NCBI GenBank assembly: GCA_025360715.1
Contig: JANYBS010000189.1
Span: forward strand, 29,229 to 93,228
Origin: Candidatus Eiseniibacteriota bacterium
Lineage (GTDB): Bacteria > Eisenbacteria > RBG-16-71-46
Direction of reading: 5' to 3'
Length of the DNA stretch: 64,000 nt
The translations under genes were made by a program, and so were the position numbers. The notes below the pieces were generated by a model. The model was not told the DNA's origin. It ran no database searches and saw only the letters and a list, made by a program, of their open reading frames with translations. Positions 47,738 to 58,026 of the stretch are shown piece by piece. Position 1 is the first letter of the stretch; every line of letters starts with the position of its first letter.

Positions 47738-49000
47738 ATGGCTGCCGTTGGCGCCAATTCGCAGTTGAATCCGCTGGAGAATGCGGAGCGTCAGTTCGAA
47801 GAGGCCGCCGCTCGCCTCAAGCTCGAGGGCGGCGTGAAGGAGATGCTCAAACGCCCCCGCCGAGCGACGATCCAGTCGTTGCCGGTGATGATGGACGACG
47901 GCACGATCAAGGTCTTCACGGGCTATCGTGTGCAGCACTCGATCGCCCGCGGCCCCGCGAAGGGCGGCATCCGCTTCCATCAGGACGTGACGCTCGAAGA
48001 GGTCGAAGCCCTGGCCTCGTGGATGACCTGGAAGTGCGCGGTCGCCGACATCCCCTTCGGCGGCGGCAAGGGTGGCATCAAGGTCGACCCGCGCGGCCTG
48101 AGCATGTCGGAACTCGAGCGGCTGACGCGCCGCTACGCCGCCGACCTCTCCGACCTCTTCGGCCCCGAGAGAGACGTGCCGGCTCCCGACGTGAACACGG
48201 GTGAGCGCGAGATGGCGTGGTTCGTGGACACGTACTCGATGCACGAGCGGCGCACGGAACTGGCCGTCGTGACCGGCAAGCCGATCGAGATCGGCGGCTC
48301 GCAGGGCCGCCGCGAGGCCACCGGCCGCGGCGTGATGATCTGCGTCGAGCAGATGTGCAAGCACCTGAATGTGCCGCTCAAGGGCGCCAAGGTCGTCGTG
48401 CAGGGCTTCGGCAACGTCGGGGGCGTGGCCGCCGACCTCCTGGCCGAGTGCGGTGCGAAGATTGTGGCCGCCTCCGACGTCTCGGGCGCGATCCACAACC
48501 CTGACGGCCTCGACGTGAAGGCCCTCCTCGAGTTCGTGAAGGACCACAAAGGCGTCCTGGGCTTCCCCGGTGGCAAGGCCCTGACCACATCCATCATCGA
48601 ATACGACTGCGACATCCTGGTCCCCGCAGCGCTCGAGAACCAGATCACGAGCGAGAATGCCCCGAACGTGAAGGCCAAGATCGTGGCGGAAGGCGCCAAC
48701 GGTCCGACCACGCCGGACGCCGATAAGATCCTCGAAGCCAAGGGCATCTGGGTCATCCCGGACATCCTGTGCAACTCGGGTGGCGTGACGGTCTCGTACT
48801 TCGAGTGGGTGCAGAACCGTATGGGCTTCTACTGGCCCGAGACGGAAGTGAACTCGCGACTGCGCCAGTACATGGAGAAGGCGTTCCTGGACGTGTTGCA
48901 GACGGGCGTGAAGGAGAAGGCGTCGCTGCGGATGGCGGCCTACATGGTCGCGATCAAGCGGGTACTGAAGGTCCATCAGCTGCGCGGCATGTACGCCTAG
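47738..49000 (+). CDS. gdhA: Glutamate dehydrogenase (Glu/Leu/Phe/Val family)
   Basis: GPAKGGIRF, PFGGGKGG, DVPAPD, ATGRG, VQGFGNVG, EGANGP, VSYFEWVQN; upstream TTGTTA-N18-TATACT. Confidence 0.93.
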   Translation: MAAVGANSQLNPLENAERQFEEAAARLKLEGGVKEMLKRPRRATIQSLPVMMDDGTIKVFTGYRVQHSIARGPAKGGIRFHQDVTLEEVEALASWMTWKCAVADIPFGGGKGGIKVDPRGLSMSELERLTRRYAADLSDLFGPERDVPAPDVNTGEREMAWFVDTYSMHERRTELAVVTGKPIEIGGSQGRREATGRGVMICVEQMCKHLNVPLKGAKVVVQGFGNVGGVAADLLAECGAKIVAASDVSGAIHNPDGLDVKALLEFVKDHKGVLGFPGGKALTTSIIEYDCDILVPAALENQITSENAPNVKAKIVAEGANGPTTPDADKILEAKGIWVIPDILCNSGGVTVSYFEWVQNRMGFYWPETEVNSRLRQYMEKAFLDVLQTGVKEKASLRMAAYMVAIKRVLKVHQLRGMYA

Positions 49001-49038
49001 GGTCGCTCTGCGTCCGCAATCGCTGCTTTCTCAAGATC

Positions 49039-49140
49039 ACTGGCGTGTCGGCATGACCGGCACGCCAGTTTCTTTTTGTCGGGGTGCCGCGCGGGACAAA
49101 GCGAAGCGGCGAGGCTGTGTGATCCGCCTCGCCGCTTCGC
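49039..49140. terminator. Back-to-back terminators between gdhA and porV
   Basis: ACTGGCGTGTCGG/CCGGCACGCCAGT plus T-rich tail (49039-49077); 15-bp stem 49101-49115/49126-49140. Confidence 0.75.
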
Positions 49141-49159
49141 CCTGCTCTCTCGCACGTGA

Positions 49160-50278
49160 TCAGAACTTCAGGTGGACACCCACTTCGTAGATGTCATCGA
49201 ACGTCCCCGACTGAACCGGCCGCCACGCGAAGTCCACGCCTGCCTTCGACGTATCGCCGAGACGTGCGTTGAAGCCCGCGCCCAGTGACCAGCCCTTGTA
49301 CAGGTCGTCGCCGGAGCCGAACTTGAAGCTTTCGTCACCCGTGGCGGCGTCGATCGTGCCGTTGAAAGTGCCGAAATAGCTTCCGCGCAGAGCGACGATG
49401 TCGCGATAGGTCCATTCGAGCCCACCGCGAAGGTTGTCGCCGGAGAAGTTGTTGTTCTGGAATGACCCCAGCGCGACCAGCTTCGACTGTGCGTTCTGCA
49501 TCACGTTGTAACTGCTGGCCAAAGTGAAGTAAGACGGCATCTCGAAGTTCGTCGAGCTGTAGTTCACCTTGCGCGGGCTCGCATTCGGGTCCTGGAACGG
49601 ATCCTGGACACTGAGCTCGAAGCCCGGGCCGGAGAAGTTCATCGCCGAACCGTAGTTCTTCATGACCATGCCGATCCGGAAGCCGCGCCAGTCCGTCATG
49701 TACTGGACACCGAAGTCAACGGCCAGCCCGGAGGCGGTGTTGTCGACGATGTTCTCGGTGACGTAGTTGGCGGTGGCTCCAAAGTTGACGCGGTCCGTGA
49801 ACTGGCGCGCCCAGGTGACCCCCATCACGGCGAACGTCGGCGTGAGGATCTCACCCGTGCCGTCGGGAGCGGCTTCCGTCGTGACGAAGATGTCGCCGAC
49901 CGAGAGCACCTTCGCGCTCACGCCCAGCACACCGAAGCCACCGACTTTGGCCGCCACCCCGGCATAGTTCAGCTTCATATCGGCGAAGTAGTTCTGGTGC
50001 GACAGCAGCACCTCGGTACCCGAGATCGACGCGAGACCTGCCGGGTTCCAGAACATCGATTCGATCCCGGTGACGTCGCTCGCGACCGCACCGCCGAGCG
50101 CTTCCCCTCGCGCCCCCACGGGGATCCGAAGCTCCATCGCGCCCGCCGTACCCTTGCGACCCTCAGAACCGGCCTGAGCCGGTCCGGCCAACAGGCCGAG
50201 GAGGGCCGACAGGACGAGCGCACGCAGAACGAACGGGGCCATCTTGACCACCATCTGCAGACTCCTTCCCTTACGCAT
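49160..50278 (-). CDS. PorV/PorQ family outer-membrane barrel (FadL-like fold)
   Basis: LRIPVGARGEALGGA...MFWNPAGLA N-terminal signature; C-terminal VHLKF. Confidence 0.85.
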   Translation of the reverse strand: MRKGRSLQMVVKMAPFVLRALVLSALLGLLAGPAQAGSEGRKGTAGAMELRIPVGARGEALGGAVASDVTGIESMFWNPAGLASISGTEVLLSHQNYFADMKLNYAGVAAKVGGFGVLGVSAKVLSVGDIFVTTEAAPDGTGEILTPTFAVMGVTWARQFTDRVNFGATANYVTENIVDNTASGLAVDFGVQYMTDWRGFRIGMVMKNYGSAMNFSGPGFELSVQDPFQDPNASPRKVNYSSTNFEMPSYFTLASSYNVMQNAQSKLVALGSFQNNNFSGDNLRGGLEWTYRDIVALRGSYFGTFNGTIDAATGDESFKFGSGDDLYKGWSLGAGFNARLGDTSKAGVDFAWRPVQSGTFDDIYEVGVHLKF

Positions 50279-50290
50279 CGCAGTGCCCTC

Positions 50291-53200
50291 CTAGAAGTTG
50301 GACAGCCGTTCCTTTTCCATGAAGACGACGAGTTTGCCCGTGGTGGAACCCGCTCCTGGGACGTCGATGTGATAGACGTACACACCGCTCGCCACCGGCA
50401 GCCGGTTCTCCGTGAGCAGGTCCCACTCGATGATCGAGCTGGACGCGTCGGTCTTACGGAGGATCCGGACGAGGTCGCCTGCGAGATTGTAGATCTTGAT
50501 CGTGGCCGTCTCGGGCATGTTCACGAACTTCATCACGCGGTTGAGTGACGCGAGTTCGTAGGCCGAGTGTGCGTAGTACGGGTTCGGGACTGCGCGGATC
50601 TTGCTGAAGCCTGCCTTCTGGGCCGCGATGTTGTTGCGCGACGGACCACTGGTCGTGAACACCAGCGAATCGTTCGACGTTCCCGGCTGATTACCGCCGG
50701 CAGCGGCGTTCGCCACGATCACGAACTTGTCACCGGCCTTGATCGTGCCCGCCTTGAGCAGCCACGCCGTGTATTCCCACGTGGCCTCATTGCGCCACGC
50801 GTCGTTCACCGCAAGGGTCGGATCCTCGGTACCCGTATAGGGCAACGAACTGATCGCGAGGTATTCGCGGCCACCGAGCGAACTGCCGTCCGGCATCCAC
50901 GTACCATCCTGCGTCGCCGGCTGTGGTCCGGTCGGCACGTGCGAATCGTCCGTGATGCGACGCTCGACGAAGCCCACGTTCAGCTGGACATTGTGGTCGG
51001 TGTCCCACGCTTGGAAGCCGATGTCGTGGAAGCCACCATACTGGTAGCCACGATCGCCGCCCGGGGCGCCGCCCGCAGTCGTCTCATCGCGGAAGTAACG
51101 ATGTGCCTTCTGGGTCGGGCCGAAGCGCAGCTCGACATTCGTGTACTTCGTCGAATCCGCGGTCGTGTAGTCGAGACCGTTCGCGAAGTCGAACGAGTAG
51201 CCGAAGCTGTCTTCGAACGTGACGAGGCCTGCGCCGACTCCCTGGAAGGGCATGTCGGAGTCGAACGGCGCGTAGTACACGTCGTTCAACGGCCCCACTG
51301 CGGCCTGCTTCTCGCGCAGCTTGATCACCATACCGTCGACCGGGGCGTACGAAGGCGTTTCGCTGCGCTCGGAGATATCGCGCAGGAGCGTCTGGCCGGT
51401 CGTGAGGTCGGTCAGGTTCCAGTTGTAGGTCGTCGGCGCCTTGCCCTTGGCCCCCGTCGCCTTCGCAGGAGTCACCGTCGGCGTGTACGTGACCGCGTAG
51501 GTGTGACCGGTGATGGAAGCCGGGTCCACGACATCGATGACCACATGATCCGTGGTCGGCCCGGTGCCCGTGCTCACGCGATGATCGGAATCCGCGTTCA
51601 CATACGCGGCCGACACATCGGTTCCGGACGGCGGACGCTGCACCACCACGCCGACCGGACGGAACGAGGTCTCGAGGACCTTCTCCAAGCCGCGCGGCGG
51701 GCTCGGGTTCACCGAGTAAGCGGTGACGGCGTAGAAGTACTTACTGCCGTCCTTGAGCGCACCACCACGAACGGCGTCCTGATTCGCCTGGTACGTGTAC
51801 TGCACTCCCACGTCGGCGCCGAAGGCGGTCGGCGTGTCGTTGATGATGAGTCCCGTCGTCACGTCGAACACGGTGTCACGCACGTCCGTGATGCCGTTGG
51901 CCACGTCGAACGTGGCCAGACGCTTCCACGGCCCGCTGATCGACGCGCCTTGATAGACGTTGTAGCCCTCGAACGCGTACCCCGGCGCTGGCGTGTAGTT
52001 GAATCGCGAGCCCGAGTCCCACAGCAGGTTCACGGTGCCATGCGAGGTGCTGAAGGCGACCTTGGGCTGCGGCGGCGGCGGCGGCAGCTGGAAGTCCAGA
52101 TCGAACGCCTTCTGCGCCTTGATGTCGAAGAACTTCATGCCGGTCACCGACGTGAGGCGGTCACCGCCCTGCGAGATCACGATCGCACCGACGACGGCCT
52201 GCGTGTCGCCCGGTGCCATCGAGAACGGCCCGGCGCTCATGAGGAAGCGACGGTCGGCCGGGTTACTGTCGAGCCAGCCGGTATTGGCGACCGGATCGCC
52301 CGGAGCGTAGTACGCGCTCGGCAGGCTGGTCGTCGGATCGATCACCGGCGTGCCGTCGGCGTTCAGGCCCTTCATCAGGTTGAACGTCTGCGCGGCGTTC
52401 TGCGGGTCCTTGCCGTTGATGTAGAAGTCGAACGACGCCAGACCGAGCGTCGTCGCCCCCACCTTCGGGCCTCGAAAGAAGTCGTAGCCCAGTGCCGGCG
52501 GGCGCGCGGCATAGATCTGATCGGTGTTGGTAGCGTTGTAGCAGTAACCGAGTGAAGCAGGCACGTCGCAGCCCACCAGGTCGTCGCCTGCGCCGCCCAG
52601 ATCTGGGTCCGCCCACAGGGAGACGTACATACTGTCGAGCGGTTGGCCACCTTTGTTGATGATCTTGAAGCGCAGGAAGATCGTGTTGCCGAGCGCGCCC
52701 TGGCGGTCGAACCCGAACGTGCTCTGCTGGACCTCGACGCCCAGCGGCGCCGAACTGCCGGCCTTGTTCTGGTGCAGGGTCGGATTCGCGTCGTTGTAGA
52801 CCGACCACAGCATCTGGTCTCCGCTCACGTCCGGCCCCACGACATCGACCGAATCGCCGGCGTGAATCGGACCGGGTAGACGGTAGGTCTTGGTCGGAGC
52901 GCCGAACGGTGCAGCGCCGTTCATGTACTCGCTCCATGAGTGGTGCAGGACGGGATCGAGCGTGCGGTCGGCGGCGAGATCACCTGAAGCGCGCTCGACA
53001 TGAGCCGTGTCCTGAGGATCACCCGTGAACCGCGCCATCTTGTAGACGATGTACTGCGGCCGGCTCGATTCGTCGAACGACGTGCCCACCATCGCGCCAG
53101 GACCATATTCCTGACTGTACTCGGCGATGGTCGCGAGCGGCGTCGCACCCGATTTGGCGCCAATCCACAGACCCGACTCATACACCGCGGTCTTGGTCGT

Positions 53201-53479
53201 CCCCTTCGGGAAGAACAAGCCCGAGTTGTTGTTGTTGGCGAAGTCGTTCGCCCACGAACCGAGGTTCGTGACGAACATGTTGATGCTGTTCACATCGATG
53301 AGCCGATTGCTGCTCGAAACTGCCGTGCGCTCATCACGATTCGCGCGAAGCGGTGCCACGGGCTTGCGTGCCAAGCTCCGCGGCGCCGAAGCATCCGGCG
53401 CCGCCCAGCTCGCGCTCGCGGCCACCGAGATCGCGACCGCGACCAAGGCCCATGCGAGCAGATAACGACGATGCATCAT
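50291..53479 (-). CDS. Large secreted protein with FN3-like domain and T9SS-like CTD
   Basis: GGAGG RBS; signal peptide; LLWD...FEGYNVY...YFYAVTAYS; IRAVPNPY...IKIYNLAGDLV...EWDL...ASGVYVY. Confidence 0.8.
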   Translation of the reverse strand: MMHRRYLLAWALVAVAISVAASASWAAPDASAPRSLARKPVAPLRANRDERTAVSSSNRLIDVNSINMFVTNLGSWANDFANNNNSGLFFPKGTTKTAVYESGLWIGAKSGATPLATIAEYSQEYGPGAMVGTSFDESSRPQYIVYKMARFTGDPQDTAHVERASGDLAADRTLDPVLHHSWSEYMNGAAPFGAPTKTYRLPGPIHAGDSVDVVGPDVSGDQMLWSVYNDANPTLHQNKAGSSAPLGVEVQQSTFGFDRQGALGNTIFLRFKIINKGGQPLDSMYVSLWADPDLGGAGDDLVGCDVPASLGYCYNATNTDQIYAARPPALGYDFFRGPKVGATTLGLASFDFYINGKDPQNAAQTFNLMKGLNADGTPVIDPTTSLPSAYYAPGDPVANTGWLDSNPADRRFLMSAGPFSMAPGDTQAVVGAIVISQGGDRLTSVTGMKFFDIKAQKAFDLDFQLPPPPPQPKVAFSTSHGTVNLLWDSGSRFNYTPAPGYAFEGYNVYQGASISGPWKRLATFDVANGITDVRDTVFDVTTGLIINDTPTAFGADVGVQYTYQANQDAVRGGALKDGSKYFYAVTAYSVNPSPPRGLEKVLETSFRPVGVVVQRPPSGTDVSAAYVNADSDHRVSTGTGPTTDHVVIDVVDPASITGHTYAVTYTPTVTPAKATGAKGKAPTTYNWNLTDLTTGQTLLRDISERSETPSYAPVDGMVIKLREKQAAVGPLNDVYYAPFDSDMPFQGVGAGLVTFEDSFGYSFDFANGLDYTTADSTKYTNVELRFGPTQKAHRYFRDETTAGGAPGGDRGYQYGGFHDIGFQAWDTDHNVQLNVGFVERRITDDSHVPTGPQPATQDGTWMPDGSSLGGREYLAISSLPYTGTEDPTLAVNDAWRNEATWEYTAWLLKAGTIKAGDKFVIVANAAAGGNQPGTSNDSLVFTTSGPSRNNIAAQKAGFSKIRAVPNPYYAHSAYELASLNRVMKFVNMPETATIKIYNLAGDLVRILRKTDASSSIIEWDLLTENRLPVASGVYVYHIDVPGAGSTTGKLVVFMEKERLSNF

Positions 53480-53511
53480 TTCCGGCCTCCTGCCAGCGAA
53501 AGGTCCCATGG

Positions 53512-56355
53512 TCAGAAGCTCGTGCTGATACCGAAGCGCACGAGTCGAGGATTCGTGTACAGATTCGGGTTGTTCTCAGCGAGCTTGTAGAGTTGCTCGC
53601 CGTTCTTCGACGCCGTGTTGTTGATGAACGTCTGGCCGTCGTCGGTGTTCAGCCAGTTCGTCGAGGTCGGCGAGCCGGTGGACGTGTAGACATTCACCGG
53701 GTTCTTCGCATCGAGCACGTTTAGCGCCCAGAGGAAGCCCTGCATCTTGAGCGTCCCCAGGTGGAAGTCGCGCGTGGCCTTGAGGTCCAGGTTGCTTGTC
53801 CAAGGGCCGTAACGCGAGTTCAGCGGACCACTCGGCTCGGAGGCGACGGCCGCGAGCGTGACCTCGTTGTATACCTTGGTCGGTGTATACGGCGTGCCGC
53901 TGGCCACGTTGTAAAGAAGGTTGATCCCCGTGTTCTCGAGGATACGGAGCGCGCCCCAGCGCGGCCCCTCACCCTTCCCCAGACGCCAGTCCAGGTTGAG
54001 TGAGACCTTGTGGCGCTGGTCGAAGTCGAGCGGCGCGGTCTGCTTGGGCGTCTCCGTGCCGACCCACGCGATGTTGCGCTGCGTGTTGGACACCGAGCCG
54101 GTTCCCTCGGCCGACGACAGCGAGTACGACAGGTTGCCCGAGATGTGGTTGATCGGGCGCATCGTCACACCGATATCGATACCCTTGATCGTCGCAAAGT
54201 CGCGATTACGGTACGACGCGAAGCTCTTGGGGCTCGACGGGATCGAGGTGACCTCGACGAGATCCTTCACGTCCTTGTAGTACGCCGTGGCGTCCAAGCG
54301 GACTTTTTCATTGAGCGCGCGCTGGATACCGACTTCGTATGCCGTCGTGCGCTCCGGACGCAGGTTCGGGTTACCGAAGCCCACGAAGTAGCCGCCGTTC
54401 GTGACCTTGTACTGGAGGAAGCGGTAGTTCACATACAGATCCTGCAGGTTCGGCTGCTGGTAGAACTGTCCGTAGTTGAAACGCAGCACGCTCTTCTCAT
54501 CGAGCGGGAATGCGATGCCCAAGCGCGGCGAAAGACGCGCGTAGGTCTTGTTCGGCGTCAGGTCCTGGGTCTCGAGCGAGTCGGCCAGGTTGTTGATCAG
54601 GTCCGGCGCGCCGAGCGGGTAGCGCTCGCTGGCCAGAGCCGGCGTGTCGACGTTGATGTGGTCGAAGCGCAGTCCGCCGTTCACGATCACGCCCGAACGC
54701 TCGAACTTGTCCTGCACGAATGCCGACCAGGTCTTGGGGTGCTTCGCGCCGTCCCGACCGTCATTCTTCTCGACCAGATTGACCTGCTTCACCACGCCAC
54801 TGGCATCACGGACGACCTGCATCTCGTAGCCGTAGCCATCCCAGTTCGTCAGGTCGGGATCCAGACCGCCGATCTGCGTCGGGAAGAAGTGATTGAACAG
54901 GCGCAGTGTGTGGCGCTGGAAGTCACCGCCAGCCTTGAGCTGGTGGTACTGGTTGAGCTGCGACGTGAAGCTCGTCTGGAGGCCGACGTAGCTCGACTTG
55001 CGCTGGAGGTAGTCGTCCCACACGTGCCCCGGCGAGAAGAACATCGGCACATCGCCGTCGTACAGCGGGTTGCTGCCGCCCGGCACGTAGTAGTCCGCCA
55101 GCCGATCGAACGCCACGCCGTCACCGCGCTTGCGCTCGGTCGTGAACCAGTTCACCCCGACGTTCATGAACGTCTTCGGGCTGAACACATAGTTGTACGT
55201 GCCGCCGTACGACGTGTTGCGGTCGAAGTAGCGCGGCGTGTGCGCGATATCGAACAGGTACGCGTTGCGGTACTCGCGCCAGTCATCCTGCGAGCCGATG
55301 CCCGTGAGCTTGAGGCTCGACTTGTCATTCAGGCGCCAAGCGAGCTTGCCCTGGAAGGTGTAGCCCGACGAGCTGTTGTCCGGCTTGACGTTCTTGTTCA
55401 GGTTCAGCGCCGAAAGCTGATCGACGAACTCGCTGGGCAGGAAGCCCGGCGAGCGGTCCCCCTGCCAGCGGCGCTCGCCGGAAGCGTAGAACGTGATGTT
55501 GTCCTTCTTCGGGAAGAGCGGGCCACCCAGCGAGACGTCGTAGATGTTGTAGTCCGTCTTGTTGGCGCCCAGCCATTTGCCCGAGAGCGCGTCGGTCACC
55601 GCCTCGAAACCACCGAAGTACTTCGCGCCACCCTCGCGGGTGACCACGTTGACCGCGCCCGACATGATGCGGCCGTACTCGGGATTGAAGCCGCCCGTGA
55701 GGACGACGACTTCTTCGATGGCGTTGTTGCTGATCGCCGTGCTCGATGTGCCCGTGAGCGGGTCCTGCTGAGAGAAACCGTCCACGAAGTACGCCGTCTC
55801 GTTCGGACGGCCACCGCGGATGATCAGGGTATTGTTGTTCTGAGATTCGTTGTCGATGTTACGCGCAAAGTTCACGACACCGGTCTGCTGCGCCGCCGCG
55901 TCGCGATAGCCGCGCGTGGGGAGCTTCTGGATATCGTCGTTGCTCAGGAAGCGCGTCGTGCCCGTCGCGTCCTTCTGGAGCAGCGGCCGGGTCGCATCGA
56001 CACGGACCTCATTCATCTGCACGGCCTCGGTGCGCAGCGTCGCATTCACCGTCGTCGTGAAGTCCGGGCTGATCTGGACGTTCGTCGCGACGTAAGCCCC
56101 CATACCGAGGAGGTTCATGCGCACGTTGTAGGTGCCGCCGGGGATGCCGATGATGAAGTAGTTGCCCCCATCGTCGGTGATCGCGCCAAGCCGCTGGCCC
56201 TCGAGCCGGATGTTGACGCCGGCGAGCGGCTCCTTCTTCTCGTTGATGATCTTGCCGGCCAGCTTGCCGGTCGTGCCGGCCATCGCCATCGGCGCGAGCA
56301 TCACCAAGGCGAGGACCGCCAGGATCCGGGTGGCCCAGTGAAGTGTGCGAGGCAT
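53512..56355 (-). CDS. TonB-dependent receptor with carboxypeptidase-regulatory-like N-domain
   Basis: GTTGKLAGKI; IIRGGR; TGGFNPEYG...SGAVNVVT plug; NPNLRPE; C-terminal RFGISTSF. Confidence 0.92.
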   Translation of the reverse strand: MPRTLHWATRILAVLALVMLAPMAMAGTTGKLAGKIINEKKEPLAGVNIRLEGQRLGAITDDGGNYFIIGIPGGTYNVRMNLLGMGAYVATNVQISPDFTTTVNATLRTEAVQMNEVRVDATRPLLQKDATGTTRFLSNDDIQKLPTRGYRDAAAQQTGVVNFARNIDNESQNNNTLIIRGGRPNETAYFVDGFSQQDPLTGTSSTAISNNAIEEVVVLTGGFNPEYGRIMSGAVNVVTREGGAKYFGGFEAVTDALSGKWLGANKTDYNIYDVSLGGPLFPKKDNITFYASGERRWQGDRSPGFLPSEFVDQLSALNLNKNVKPDNSSSGYTFQGKLAWRLNDKSSLKLTGIGSQDDWREYRNAYLFDIAHTPRYFDRNTSYGGTYNYVFSPKTFMNVGVNWFTTERKRGDGVAFDRLADYYVPGGSNPLYDGDVPMFFSPGHVWDDYLQRKSSYVGLQTSFTSQLNQYHQLKAGGDFQRHTLRLFNHFFPTQIGGLDPDLTNWDGYGYEMQVVRDASGVVKQVNLVEKNDGRDGAKHPKTWSAFVQDKFERSGVIVNGGLRFDHINVDTPALASERYPLGAPDLINNLADSLETQDLTPNKTYARLSPRLGIAFPLDEKSVLRFNYGQFYQQPNLQDLYVNYRFLQYKVTNGGYFVGFGNPNLRPERTTAYEVGIQRALNEKVRLDATAYYKDVKDLVEVTSIPSSPKSFASYRNRDFATIKGIDIGVTMRPINHISGNLSYSLSSAEGTGSVSNTQRNIAWVGTETPKQTAPLDFDQRHKVSLNLDWRLGKGEGPRWGALRILENTGINLLYNVASGTPYTPTKVYNEVTLAAVASEPSGPLNSRYGPWTSNLDLKATRDFHLGTLKMQGFLWALNVLDAKNPVNVYTSTGSPTSTNWLNTDDGQTFINNTASKNGEQLYKLAENNPNLYTNPRLVRFGISTSF

Positions 56356-56558
56356 GTGCAGATCTCCTTTCAGGCAACACAGAGCCGCACCGGGACGCGA
56401 GATTCGCGCGCGGTTGGGCCACAATTCCTGAAGCAGGGGGATGCGACGACTTTGGCTGGGACTTCTCACGTATTTGGAACCCTCCGGTTCCCCTGCAGGA
56501 CGAGGGGAACGCCTTCCGTTGGCGTCTAGAACCGATTGGGGGATGCTCCCGTGGCTAG

Positions 56559-56623
56559 AAACTATTCCCGCGCCGGCGCAGATGTCAACAGTTGGTTGCG
56601 TTCAAGACGCCATTGCTGAACGC
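56559..56623 (-). promoter_or_regulatory. Promoter of the TBDR operon with upstream inverted repeat
   Basis: TTGACA(56588-56583)-N18-TAGTTT(56564-56559); GCGTTCA-N12-TGAACGC at 56598-56623. Confidence 0.6.
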
Positions 56624-56688
56624 GAAAACGCCATGCCTGCCAACAGCTTGGGGAAAAAACACCGAGTCGAAAGGGCGACCGAAGCCAC

Positions 56689-56722
56689 AAAAAAACCCGG
56701 GCACCCAACTGGGGTGCCCGGG
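56689..56722 (-). terminator. Intrinsic terminator after the outer-membrane barrel gene
   Basis: 11-bp stem CCCGGGCACCC/GGGTGCCCGGG followed by T7 on minus strand. Confidence 0.85.
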
Positions 56723-56751
56723 GTATGAAGCGTATGCCCGATGCGATCAGC

Positions 56752-58026
56752 TCACCAGGTGTACGTCGCCGAGACCTTCTGGAACACGTAACTGCCGTCC
56801 CAGAAATTGCTCTCGTTACCACCGAGGAGCTGCGCGGCCGGGTTGTTGTAGAACAGCTGGTCGAGGACCGCGTCGAACGTCAGCGAGCCGACCTTGACGC
56901 CGGCGCCGATGTTCATCGTGAACGGCGAGTTCTTGATAGTCTGCGTCAGACCCTTGTGGAACTCGCTATCCGTGCCGTCGAACTTGACCTGGTAGAACAC
57001 GTCCTTGCGGGCGCCGAAGCGCAGGGTCAGCCAGCTGTTGACCTGCGTCTCGAGAGCCATGAACACCTCAGGCGACGCGTTCTCCTTGACCTTGATCTTC
57101 GGATCGAAGCCGGAGAAGGTGCCGTTCTGCACGTCGAGCGTGTTCTGCGCGAACGTGGCTCCGAGCACGAACAGGTCGTTCGAGCCGAGCGCCCAGTTGC
57201 CCGCCAGACCGGCCGACCAGCCACGCAGGCTGTTGTCGAGTGTCGTGACGTTGCCACCGACCGTGTTCTTCGTGCCGAGGTCGAAGTTGTAGAACTTCAC
57301 GACCGGGACCACGAGCACGTTCGGCTGCCACTTCCACATCATGCGACCCTGGACGAGGTACGTGGAACCACCGTTGTCCTCGAACTTGTTGCCCGGCGTG
57401 ACCGAGTTCTCGAACTTGCGATTCTGGTAGAGGACCGCGACTTCACCGTTCGTCTTGTCGTTCATCGCGAAGCCGATGCCGCCGCCGATGCCCATGATGT
57501 TGCGCTCGAACGGGCCGTTGTCGAAGTTGTTGTCGAACTCGAACAGCGTCGTGACGCCAGCAGCCTGGATCTTCTCCTGCTCGAACGAACGGTTCAGGCG
57601 GAGACCGAAGTTCGTGTTGCCGAACTTCTTGCCCCACATGAGGTCGAACTGCTCGTCATTGTTCGAGTTCGGATCGCCACCGAAGAAGCTGTTGTCCGGC
57701 GTGTTGCTGCCCTGGCCGATGGCCGGGGTCGTCTCACGCAGGTGCAGCCCCCAGACGCCGTACTTGCCGTCCCAGAGGTTCGGCAGCACAGCGCCCATGG
57801 CGCGCTCGGTGCCACGCGTGTTGCTGTTCTGGTTGCCGAGCTCGGCGTACACCAGGTTGCCGACACCGACGATCGACGACGGCCAGCCGTAGATCGCCGT
57901 GTAATCCTTGGTGTAGTCGCCCGGAAGGGACATGCCCTCGAGACGCGACGTCGAAGCCTGGGCCACGACCGGCATCGCCGCGAGCAGCGCCGCGCCGATG
58001 ATGAAGCGATAAGTGCGATTGAACAT
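56752..58026 (-). CDS. Putative major outer-membrane beta-barrel protein
   Basis: Signal peptide ...VVAQA; amphipathic strands; C-terminal SATYTW; strongly biased codons (AAC/TTC); start 58026 or 58035. Confidence 0.75.
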   Translation of the reverse strand: MFNRTYRFIIGAALLAAMPVVAQASTSRLEGMSLPGDYTKDYTAIYGWPSSIVGVGNLVYAELGNQNSNTRGTERAMGAVLPNLWDGKYGVWGLHLRETTPAIGQGSNTPDNSFFGGDPNSNNDEQFDLMWGKKFGNTNFGLRLNRSFEQEKIQAAGVTTLFEFDNNFDNGPFERNIMGIGGGIGFAMNDKTNGEVAVLYQNRKFENSVTPGNKFEDNGGSTYLVQGRMMWKWQPNVLVVPVVKFYNFDLGTKNTVGGNVTTLDNSLRGWSAGLAGNWALGSNDLFVLGATFAQNTLDVQNGTFSGFDPKIKVKENASPEVFMALETQVNSWLTLRFGARKDVFYQVKFDGTDSEFHKGLTQTIKNSPFTMNIGAGVKVGSLTFDAVLDQLFYNNPAAQLLGGNESNFWDGSYVFQKVSATYTW

